From Aestuariivita sp. (GTDB lineage: Bacteria > Pseudomonadota > Alphaproteobacteria > Rhodobacterales > Rhodobacteraceae), in NCBI GenBank assembly GCA_965215385.1, contig OZ244059.1, positions 3,499,004-3,563,003 on the forward strand: a stretch of DNA of 64,000 nucleotides. Direction: 5' to 3'. Below the pieces are notes generated by a model that was not told where the DNA came from, made no database searches, and was given only the letters and a program-made list of their open reading frames with translations. The position numbers and the translations under genes are program-made. Shown piece after piece: positions 31,023-39,664 of this stretch; position 1 is the first letter of the stretch, and each line of letters starts with the position of its first letter.

Positions 31023-32035
31023 TACTGGCGACGGCCGGACTCTCTCTGTCTCTGATGAGTGGTCTCACGGCTCGTGAAAGTGCCGAAGCGTGGCGCCAGT
31101 TCGGCGGTCAGGGCCCTGCTACCGCTTCGCTGATCCGGCTTTCAGCTGCGGTCGGGAGTGAACTGGCGGCGGGTTCCAATGCGTTGCTCGCAACGGTTCG
31201 GGAACGCGCGGCCTTACCATCGGGAACCGCGTCGCTGCTGCTCTCACTTGACGGCGTCATGATGCGGATGCAAGCTGCAACGGTCGGTGACATCGACCTT
31301 GATGCCGGGTGGCGTGCGGCCGCTGGCGGGGTTGTGGGCTTTGTCGATGCCGCTGGCAACCGGCTGGATGCCGGTTGTTTTGGGCAACGGCCGGCGGCGG
31401 GTAAAGAGACTTTGCCGGCGCCGTTAAGTGCCGAATTATGCCACGGGCTCACGCTTGACCCGAACCTTAAGGTCGTGGCGGTCGCTGATGGGGCACCGGA
31501 TAATTGGACGTTTCTGGAAGCTTTGTGCCCCGATTTAGTGCTATTGGATTATTGGCATGCGGCGCAACATCTGAAAGCTTTGGCGGCGGCGGGAACGGCG
31601 TGGTTTGCGAAATGGCGGCATCAGTTGCGCCACGACGCCAACGGCGCGGCCAAGGTCATTGCTGCGTTGCGGTATCGCCTAAGCAACGGAACGGCGGGCA
31701 CCCAGCTCTGTCGCGAACTCGGGTCCTTTCGTCACAACCGCCATCGGATGGATGATGCGGCGGCGGCCGGGTATGCCATCGGCTCGGGTGCGGTTGCAGC
31801 CGCCAACAAAGTTTTAGTCACGACGCGGATGAAGCGTTCTGGTCAGAGTTGGGGGCGGGACGGCGGTCAAGGGGTTCTGAGCATCCGCGCCCTGGCCAAG
31901 TCTGGTCGCTTTGATCGGGCTTGGGAAGACTTGGTGCCACGCCGCAATCGCCAAGGTAACTGGGTTCCCAAGCTGCCGGCCAATGATAATCGTGCGATTC
32001 GCTTGGCATTGGTCGCATCAAGAGGTAAGATATAG
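31019..32035 (+). CDS. ISKra4-like DDE transposase, orfB part (copy 2)
   Basis: 338 aa, homologous to 5089..6117 (VADGAPDNWTFLE...LLDYWHAAQHL). Confidence 0.55.
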   Translation: MILATAGLSLSLMSGLTARESAEAWRQFGGQGPATASLIRLSAAVGSELAAGSNALLATVRERAALPSGTASLLLSLDGVMMRMQAATVGDIDLDAGWRAAAGGVVGFVDAAGNRLDAGCFGQRPAAGKETLPAPLSAELCHGLTLDPNLKVVAVADGAPDNWTFLEALCPDLVLLDYWHAAQHLKALAAAGTAWFAKWRHQLRHDANGAAKVIAALRYRLSNGTAGTQLCRELGSFRHNRHRMDDAAAAGYAIGSGAVAAANKVLVTTRMKRSGQSWGRDGGQGVLSIRALAKSGRFDRAWEDLVPRRNRQGNWVPKLPANDNRAIRLALVASRGKI

Positions 32036-32100
32036 TGCACCATACAGGACTCGCAGCCCGCGATAGCGACACCGTTGTCACTCTTTATGGAGTTACTTAG

Positions 32101-32655
32101 ATGGACGCAGACGATCACCCCGTAGAAAGGGTTTTGAAAGAAGCACGCCGCTTTATGGTGCCATTGTATCAGCGCAAATATCAGTGGAGTGACAGGCTCC
32201 TTGAGTCATTCTGGGAAGATGTATCAGCCAAGGCCGTTGAAATCCTCGACGGTGAAAGTAAATTCGAACACTATATGGGCGCACTCATCCTGTCCCCGGT
32301 CGAGGAAGGCTCTCAGATTGCACGTACCCCTCGTGTCTAAGTTGTCGACGGCCAACAGCGCTTGACCACTTTCCAAATTTTTCTAGCGGGCTTACGGGAA
32401 GTCGCGCGGGATCATCAACTTGATGACCTCATAAAGCATATCAACGGCTATCTGTTCAATGAGCAAAAGAGCAAAGATACAGACCCTCTGACACGTTTCA
32501 AACTAACACCAACACCGTCGGATCGGGATATTTTCCAGGACATTATCGAGATGTCCTACAAGGATGTAACCCGTAAGCGTCACGAGCTATTCTACGGTAA
32601 ACGCGTTCCCAAGAACACCCAGTTACGCACCTTCGGTGCTAACTACTTGAAATAA
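32101..32655 (+). pseudogene. DUF262 (GmrSD N-terminal, ParB-like) gene fragment with in-frame TAA
   Basis: ...VPLYQRKYQWS... then TAA at 32338..32340, followed in the same frame by VVDGQQRLTTFQIFLAGL... Only about 180 codons are present and there is no DUF1524/HNH part. It ends where the integrase module begins. Confidence 0.7.
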
Positions 32656-32740
32656 CTGCTTAGTTTTCTTCTCAAAAACTTGATTTCGGATGCGAACCGA
32701 TGTGGTTTCGTCCGAAATTGCAACCAGAAGAAGAAGAATT

Positions 32741-33847
32741 ATGTCAAAATTAACGGATACACGAGTGCACGCTTTGCGTGCCAAAAAGACAACACAGAAT
32801 ATTCGAGATACAGAACTAAAAGGCTTTGGTGTTCGCGTCCTGCCAAGCGGGAAGAAACGCTACTTTCTGCACAGCCAACATGATGGCCAGCGCATCTGGA
32901 GGATTATCGGCGACCCGGACAATATGACAGTTAGTGAAGCTCGACAACAAGCCATAAACTTGTTGATGACTTTGCAATCGGGAAAACCTGATACGGAGAC
33001 TGTATTCGATACAATAGCTGCCGAAACGTTTCGCCGCTATAGTCGACAGTGGAAGCCGAGTACGCTTGCGGTGAACCAAAAATATTTTCGTCGGAATATC
33101 CTGCCTTGTTTCGCAGGGCGGCGGGTTGCTGACATCACATCGCAAGATGTCCGGGATTGGTTCACATCACTGCATGCGACGCCAGTTTCGGCGGATCGCT
33201 CAATGCCTGTGCTGTCGATTATTATGAAGGAAGCGGAGGCAGATGGTTTACGCCCTGAAGGCTCCAATCCCTGCAGAGGTATCAAGTGCTATTGGAGACG
33301 GAATAGAGAGCGTTTTCTTTCGGCGACTGAATTGGCATATCTTGGCGTTGCATGACGCAGAGCAGGGCCTTCTTCAGCCGTTACGATTCTCTGGCTGTTG
33401 GCATTGACGGGATGTCGATCAAGCGAGATTCTGACTTTACGTTGGACAGACTATCGAGATGGGAATCTCTTTTTGCGTGACAGCAAGACCGGGCCACGTA
33501 TGGTATGGTTATCTAATTCAGCTCGAAAGCTCCTTGATGAACATCCAAGAATATCATTTTGGGTTTTTCCTGCTTTGAAAATCACTGATCCATTTACAAA
33601 GACAATGCTCTATTCTGTTTGGAAGCGCATTCGAGCTGATGCCGATCTAAAAGATGTTCGCATTCACGATCTGCGTCATTCCTACGCAAGTATGGCGATC
33701 TCAAGTGGTGAGACGATCCTTACCGTCGGGAAACTTCTGGGACACAATAATCCGGAGACAACTCTCAAATACGCCCATCATGCGGAAACCGATGTGGAAC
33801 AAGCGGCCACTGCGATGGATGCTGTTCTTGGGAAAACACAGACATGA
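32741..33847 (+). pseudogene. Tyrosine recombinase (P4-type integrase with DUF4102-like arm domain), in-frame TGA
   Basis: MSKLTDTRVHALRAKKTTQNIRDTELKGFGVRVLPSGKKRYF... is the arm-binding domain. TGA at 33353..33355 interrupts the gene. The same frame then continues ...LALTGCRSSEIL..., HDLRHSYAS... and LGHNNPETTLKYAH. Confidence 0.8.
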
Positions 33848-34965
33848 GCGGAGTGCGGTTGACGAAATCTCGTGTCGAACGCCTTAAACCAGTGACACGG
33901 GAATATTCAGTTTCAGATACAGTGGTATCTTCCTTAAGTGTGCGTGTCTATCCTTCAGGAACAAAGACATGGGTATGCACTATAAAAGGGCGCAAAATGT
34001 CACTTGGCAAGAGTCTTGTAATGTCGCTTGAAGACGCCCGGCGTGCTTGTCTTCAATGTCAAATAGAAGACATTGTGCCGCGTCAAGATATCCCCCTTTA
34101 CCGGGAATTCGTTTTGAATATATGGCGCTCAACTTGGTCAACTCGCTGTAAATCAAGTACTGTTGAGAGACGAGATTCTGTTTTAACTCGGCAACTATTA
34201 CCGACTTTCGGATCATTATCATTAGATCGAATCACACGGAAGGCGATTGAAGATTGGTTTGACGGGTACAGTGTTTCTGCACCTGGTGGCGCCAATAAAG
34301 CGCTAGAAATCCTACGCCAAAGTTTGAACTATGCTGTAGAGCGTGATCTAATTTTGATCAATCCAGCAAGCTCTGTGCGTCCGAATCGTCGACCCAAGTT
34401 GAATAGGTTTTTATCTCAAGATGAGATCGGGCAATTGAACGCAGCGTTGGATCGATATGTCGACGGGAACAAAGGTATGCAAGCAGACGTTATTCGTCTT
34501 TTATTGCTCACGGGATGCCGCAAGATGGAAATTGTGGGATTGAAGCGCCGCGAAGTCGATGACCACCGACTTCGCCTTAAAGACAGTAAGACCGGTCCGA
34601 GAACAGTCTATCTTAGTCCCAAAGCACGAGCTATTATTGAAAGACATTTGACTGCACCGGGAGTGTATAGTGAGTATATGTTTCCATCACCGAAAAATCC
34701 TGAGCGACATCTTTATGAAAAACTGACCCTTTGGGATCGAATCCGACGAGAGATCGGGATTGAGGATGTGCGGTTACATGATTTGCGCCATTGTTATGCA
34801 AGCCAATGCGTGATGGCCGGTGTTCCACTCCCGGTCGTATCGCGATTGCTTGGGCACAGCCAATGTTCGATGACGCTGCGCTATGCTCATGTCTCTGACA
34901 AGGATGTCGCTAACGCAGCCGAGAGAATCGGTACACGAATGGAAGCGTTACTTAAAGGTGAGTGA
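33844..34965 (+). CDS. Tyrosine recombinase/integrase (intact)
   Basis: 373 aa, with ...LLLLTGCRKMEI..., HDLRHCYASQ... and LGHSQCSMTLRYAHV. Its start overlaps the stop of the upstream integrase (ATGA). Confidence 0.85.
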   Translation: MSGVRLTKSRVERLKPVTREYSVSDTVVSSLSVRVYPSGTKTWVCTIKGRKMSLGKSLVMSLEDARRACLQCQIEDIVPRQDIPLYREFVLNIWRSTWSTRCKSSTVERRDSVLTRQLLPTFGSLSLDRITRKAIEDWFDGYSVSAPGGANKALEILRQSLNYAVERDLILINPASSVRPNRRPKLNRFLSQDEIGQLNAALDRYVDGNKGMQADVIRLLLLTGCRKMEIVGLKRREVDDHRLRLKDSKTGPRTVYLSPKARAIIERHLTAPGVYSEYMFPSPKNPERHLYEKLTLWDRIRREIGIEDVRLHDLRHCYASQCVMAGVPLPVVSRLLGHSQCSMTLRYAHVSDKDVANAAERIGTRMEALLKGE

Positions 34966-35241
34966 AATTTGTCGGTGGTGGTTCAACTTCAAATACCGTT
35001 AGTGGAAAGCGACTTTTACTATTAACATGGATGCTAGTCAGAAGGTATTAACTGCGTGAAACATCGTTCGATTCCTTTCGACCATTTGAGAGAGCGACAT
35101 TATCGCGAAAGACACGTTCCATGACTGTTGAGATTAACGAAAAAATATTCATGCAGAATTGTGACGGTATATCTCGCATTGAATTGTTGGCGTTAACCTG
35201 CTATATATCCTGATTTTGAAAACTATATTCTGGGTTATTTC

Positions 35242-35405
35242 TAGGGGCTTATATACATTACTTGACGCAGGCCATTCCTCCCTACAATCGGGATTGATAT
35301 GGTCGATCAGCCCTTTAGTGGACCCAAGTTCTGCGTCTTTCGTCCTGATTGATGCTGTCTAGCGACACGATTTTATCCTTGTCAAGTAAGGTATATAAGC
35401 CCCTA
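35242..35405. promoter_or_regulatory. 25-bp inverted repeats flanking a 114-bp spacer, about 95 bp upstream of hsdM (candidate inverton or MITE)
   Basis: TAGGGGCTTATATACATTACTTGAC (35242..35266) matches the reverse complement of 35381..35405 at 24 of 25 positions. TTTC is present immediately outside both ends. Confidence 0.5.
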
Positions 35406-35500
35406 TTTCTAATACGTTTCACGAGATTCAAGGCATTTATTGGCACTGAAACTGTTGGGTCATACGCCGGTTTCCGAGAAGTTACAATAGAGTAGGAATA

Positions 35501-37828
35501 ATGGATCACGCTTCCCATAACACAATTGTCAGTTTCATCTGGTCGATCGCCGATGATTGTCTGCGGGATGTGTTTGTTCGCGGCAAATACCGCGATGTCA
35601 TTCTTCCAATGTTTGTTCTGCGGCGATTGGATTGCTTACTGGAACCGACAAAGCAGGCAGTCCGGGACGAAGTGCAATTCCAAACGGATGAGTTTGGTTT
35701 GACCGAACTGGATTCAGCAGGTCTGCAGCAAGCGTCGGGCTATGTATTTTACAACACATCCGAATGGACGCTGAAATCGCTGCTGGGCAATCCGTCGCAA
35801 TTAGAAGCCAATATGAATGCTTACCTGAACGGTTTCAGTGATAATGTGAAAGAGATCATCGACAATTTTGATCTCCGCACACAAATACGGAAAATGCTTG
35901 CAGCAGATGTTTTGTTTGACGTGATTGAAAAATATGTGTCCGAAGACATCAACCTCACGCCAGACGATAAACGCGCTTCCGATGGTAAAATCCAACCTGG
36001 GTTGAGTAATCTGGGCATGGGGTATGTCTTTGAGGAACTCATCCGTAAGTTTAATGAAGAGAACAACGAAGAGGCAGGTGAACACTTTACGCCGCGGGAT
36101 GTGATCAAGCTGATGACTCATCTTCTATTTGATCCCGTCAAGGATGATCTACCACCAGTGTTGACTGTTTATGACCCGGCTTGCGGATCCGGTGGTATGC
36201 TGACGGAGGCTCAGAATTTCATCACCGACCCCACCGGTGGAATTCAGTCTAAGGCTGATGTGTACATCTATGGCAAGGAAGTGAACCCAGAAACCTTCGC
36301 TATTTGTAAATCCGACATGATGATCAAGGACAACGATCCTGAGAACATCAAACTCGGCTCAACGCTTGCCACGAATGACTTCTCGAGCATGACGTTCGAT
36401 TTCATGCTGTCGAACCCACCCTACGGCAAATCATGGAAAACAGATCAGAAATACATCAAAGATGGCAAGGACGTACTTGATCCGCGCTTTCAGGTTAATC
36501 TCAAGAATTATGATGGCGAGATCGTGACCTGTGACGCGACACCGCGCTCATCGGATGGTCAACTTCTCTTCTTGATGGAGATGGCCGACAAGATGCGGAA
36601 ACTGGCCGACAACCCAAAGGGATCTCGGATTGCATCAGTTCACAATGGTTCGTCGCTCTTCACTGGCGATGCTGGCGGGGGTGAAAGTAACATCCGCCGA
36701 CATTTGATCGAAAAGGATATGGTTGAGGCGATCATCCAGCTTCCCAACAACTTGTTCTACAATACTGGCATCACTACCTACATTTGGGTTGTGACCAACA
36801 ACAAACCCGCGCACCGTAAGGGTAAGGTTCAATTGATTAATGCATCAGAAATGTATACCAAACGACGCAAGAACTTAGGCAATAAGAACTGCGACTTGAG
36901 TGATCAGTATATCGATACGATCACCAGCTTGTACATGTCATTTGTGAATGAAGATGTATCCAAGGTCTTCGAAAACACCGATTTTGGATACTACAAAGTC
37001 ACCGTATACCGCCCACTGCGGAAGAAAGCGCAATTTACGCCGGAGCGTGTTGCAACCCTACGCTTTACGACCAGTATGCAAGAGGCGATGAGCTGGGTTT
37101 ACAACAAGTATGGGGATGACGTTTATACGAACATCAATGATCATAAACAGGCCATTCAGGAGTATTTGGAGCGACAAGAAATCACCCTTTCGCCGAAGAA
37201 CCGCAAAGCATTGCTTGATCCCGAGACATGGCAGGCACAAAAGGACTTGATGGACGAAGCCGAACAACTGATGGCCTCTATCGGTCAGGACGTGTTCGAT
37301 GACTTCAACGCATTTAAGGCAAAGGTTGATGCTGACCTCACAGCTCGCAAGGTCAAACTTACTGCTTCCCAAAAAAACCAAATCCTGAATGCTGTGTCCT
37401 GGCGAGATGAAGGAGCTGCCAAAGTTGTCAAGAAGGTGCATAAGCTGACCGACTCCAAACTGAGTGAATTGATGACTAAGCTTGACGCCACCAAAGATGA
37501 ACTGCACGATCATGGATACTGGCTGACGGAAACTGCGGGTGAATATATCGAATACGAGGTGGATAAAGATCTGCGCGATAGTGAGAACGTGCCGCTTAAG
37601 GACAACATCCATGCTTATTTTCTACGAGAGGTGCGTCCGCATGTGAATGATGCCTGGCTCGATATCTCATCGGTCAAGATCGGTTATGAGGTCAGCTTTA
37701 ATCGCTATTTCTACCAGCACAAACCGCTGCATAGTCTGAACGAGGTTGCTCAGGAAATTCTGGATCTTGAGAAAGAAACCGAAGGTCTCTTGAAGCGGTT
37801 AGTCAGATTCACCGGTGAGCAGGCTTGA
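35501..37828 (+). CDS. hsdM: Type I restriction-modification system methyltransferase subunit (long form)
   Basis: HsdM N-terminal region (IWSIADDCLRDVF...), AdoMet motif DPACGSGGML and catalytic LSNPPYGKSW. 775 aa. Confidence 0.9.
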   Translation: MDHASHNTIVSFIWSIADDCLRDVFVRGKYRDVILPMFVLRRLDCLLEPTKQAVRDEVQFQTDEFGLTELDSAGLQQASGYVFYNTSEWTLKSLLGNPSQLEANMNAYLNGFSDNVKEIIDNFDLRTQIRKMLAADVLFDVIEKYVSEDINLTPDDKRASDGKIQPGLSNLGMGYVFEELIRKFNEENNEEAGEHFTPRDVIKLMTHLLFDPVKDDLPPVLTVYDPACGSGGMLTEAQNFITDPTGGIQSKADVYIYGKEVNPETFAICKSDMMIKDNDPENIKLGSTLATNDFSSMTFDFMLSNPPYGKSWKTDQKYIKDGKDVLDPRFQVNLKNYDGEIVTCDATPRSSDGQLLFLMEMADKMRKLADNPKGSRIASVHNGSSLFTGDAGGGESNIRRHLIEKDMVEAIIQLPNNLFYNTGITTYIWVVTNNKPAHRKGKVQLINASEMYTKRRKNLGNKNCDLSDQYIDTITSLYMSFVNEDVSKVFENTDFGYYKVTVYRPLRKKAQFTPERVATLRFTTSMQEAMSWVYNKYGDDVYTNINDHKQAIQEYLERQEITLSPKNRKALLDPETWQAQKDLMDEAEQLMASIGQDVFDDFNAFKAKVDADLTARKVKLTASQKNQILNAVSWRDEGAAKVVKKVHKLTDSKLSELMTKLDATKDELHDHGYWLTETAGEYIEYEVDKDLRDSENVPLKDNIHAYFLREVRPHVNDAWLDISSVKIGYEVSFNRYFYQHKPLHSLNEVAQEILDLEKETEGLLKRLVRFTGEQA

Positions 37829-37831
37829 TTG

Positions 37832-39664
37832 ATGCAAGATATCAAAGGTTATGACCGCTCGATCCAAGAATTGTTGTCCGGCGGCAGTTACGGCATCGAT
37901 TACTACCAGCGTGAATACAAATGGGGTCGTAAACAGCTTCAGGAACTCTTGGAAGATCTGACGGGGCGTTTTCTCGAGAGCTATCAGCCAGGCGATGCCG
38001 CAAGGGAGGTGGCTCACTACGGGCATTACTTCCTTGGATCGGTGGTTGTGAGTCAGAATGACGAAATGCGTCACATTGTAGATGGACAGCAAAGAATGAC
38101 TTCTTTGTCAATTCTGCTCATTTACTTGAACAATCTTCAGAAGGGACGTGATCAGCAAGTCTCAATCCAGTCGATGATTTATGCGGACGATTTTGGCGAG
38201 AAAAAGTTCAAAATGGATGTGCCTGAACGCAATGACTGCATGGAAGCATTGTTCAACGAAATGCCGGTAAACACCGATGATGTTTCAGAGTCTGTTCGTA
38301 ACTTGGTAGCCCGATATCAAGATCTTGGTGAATTGTTTCCCGAAGAACTCCAAGGCGATGCATTGCCGTTGTTCATTTATTGGATAATGCGCAAAGTGAA
38401 GTTGATTGAGATCATCGCCTACGCTGATGAGGATGCATACACCATTTTCGAAACGATGAATGATCGGGGGTTGTCGCTAACTCCAACCGACATGCTCAAA
38501 GGGTATCTGCTTGCCAATATTGATAACGCCGAGAAAAGGCTTGAAGCTGATAGGCTGATAAAGAAGTGGTTGGCGAGATTTGCGGAATTTGGCAAAGAAA
38601 CAGACGCAGATTTTTTCAAGGCATGGCTCAGGTCCCAATACGCACAAAAAATCAGAGAACGCAAAAAGGATGCCAAGCCGGAAGATTTTGATCTGATCGG
38701 AACCGAGTTCCACTGTTGGGTTCGCAATCACGCGAACTCATTGGGTTTACACGACAGCAGCGATTTTTATCGCTTTGTATTGCGTGATTTGCAGTTCTAT
38801 GCCGGGTACTATATTCGCCTGCTAAACGCGGCCACCAAAAGGACTGAAGAACTGGAGAGTGTCCGATATAACGCAGATGCAGGATTTACACTCCAGCATC
38901 ACGTTATGTTAGCTGCTGTCACTCCCGATGGCGACGAACAGACAGCCATTGCCAAGATGCGTGTTGTGTCTGATTTTCTTGATAACTGGCTTAATCTTCG
39001 GTTCTGGAACTCCAAATCCAACAGTTATTCAACGATGTCGTACGCTGTATTCCTCGTGATCCGTAGCATCAGAGGAAAGTCTCTGACCGAGATACGAACC
39101 ATCCTTCACGACCAGTTGATAAAAGAGATGGAAGAAATCGATTTTTCCGCTCCGGTCGGCCTGAACCAGTTTTTCGCCAAAGCTATCCACCGGCAGTTAG
39201 CTCGATTCACTGATTGGTTAGAGCAGCAATCTGGCGGGCCTGGACACTACGAGGAGTACATCGTTCGTTCCGGTAAGAACGCCTTTGAGATTGAGCATAT
39301 ATGGGCGGATCACTACGACCGGTTCAAGCACGAATTCGATCAGCAGAATAATTTTGATCAGTACCGCAATTTTATTGGAGGACTGCTGTTATTACCGAAG
39401 AAAATCAATGCCAGTCTCAACGATAGGACTTATGAGGAGAAACTTCCGCATTACCTGAAACAGAACGCTCTGGCCCAGTCGCTGCACAAAGATTTCTATA
39501 GCAACCATCCTGGTTTTCAGCAGACAATCACCAAGCACTCCCTGCTATTTCGTTCACACGACAGCTTCACCAAAGCCGATCTTGAGGAACGCTCACAATT
39601 GTATTGCCAATTGGCCGCTCTGATCTGGTCACCGGATCGTCTTCTGGATGGGGAAGAAGTGTAA
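37832..39664 (+). CDS. DUF262/DUF1524 (GmrSD-like) nuclease embedded in the Type I R-M operon
   Basis: N-terminal IDYYQREYKWG... and IVDGQQRMTSL mark DUF262. C-terminal FEIEHIWADHYD...GGLLLLPKKINASLND marks a DUF1524/His-Me type domain. The ATG lies 3 nt after the hsdM stop and its TAA overlaps the hsdS ATG. Confidence 0.8.
   Translation: MQDIKGYDRSIQELLSGGSYGIDYYQREYKWGRKQLQELLEDLTGRFLESYQPGDAAREVAHYGHYFLGSVVVSQNDEMRHIVDGQQRMTSLSILLIYLNNLQKGRDQQVSIQSMIYADDFGEKKFKMDVPERNDCMEALFNEMPVNTDDVSESVRNLVARYQDLGELFPEELQGDALPLFIYWIMRKVKLIEIIAYADEDAYTIFETMNDRGLSLTPTDMLKGYLLANIDNAEKRLEADRLIKKWLARFAEFGKETDADFFKAWLRSQYAQKIRERKKDAKPEDFDLIGTEFHCWVRNHANSLGLHDSSDFYRFVLRDLQFYAGYYIRLLNAATKRTEELESVRYNADAGFTLQHHVMLAAVTPDGDEQTAIAKMRVVSDFLDNWLNLRFWNSKSNSYSTMSYAVFLVIRSIRGKSLTEIRTILHDQLIKEMEEIDFSAPVGLNQFFAKAIHRQLARFTDWLEQQSGGPGHYEEYIVRSGKNAFEIEHIWADHYDRFKHEFDQQNNFDQYRNFIGGLLLLPKKINASLNDRTYEEKLPHYLKQNALAQSLHKDFYSNHPGFQQTITKHSLLFRSHDSFTKADLEERSQLYCQLAALIWSPDRLLDGEEV

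Larger units (their letters stand above)
30344..32051 (+). mobile_element. ISKra4-like insertion sequence, copy 2
   Basis: It has the same ends and gene layout as 4453..6148, in the same orientation. It differs by point changes, a 39-bp insertion in orfA and small deletions in orfB. Confidence 0.7.

Noticed and set aside
4453-32051. Interpretation of the two ISKra4-like copies plus the intervening 24 kb as an active composite transposon.
   Set aside because: The interval contains essential core genes in conserved local synteny. The copies are diverged with indels, and no shared target-site duplication is visible. It is reported only as a recombination substrate.
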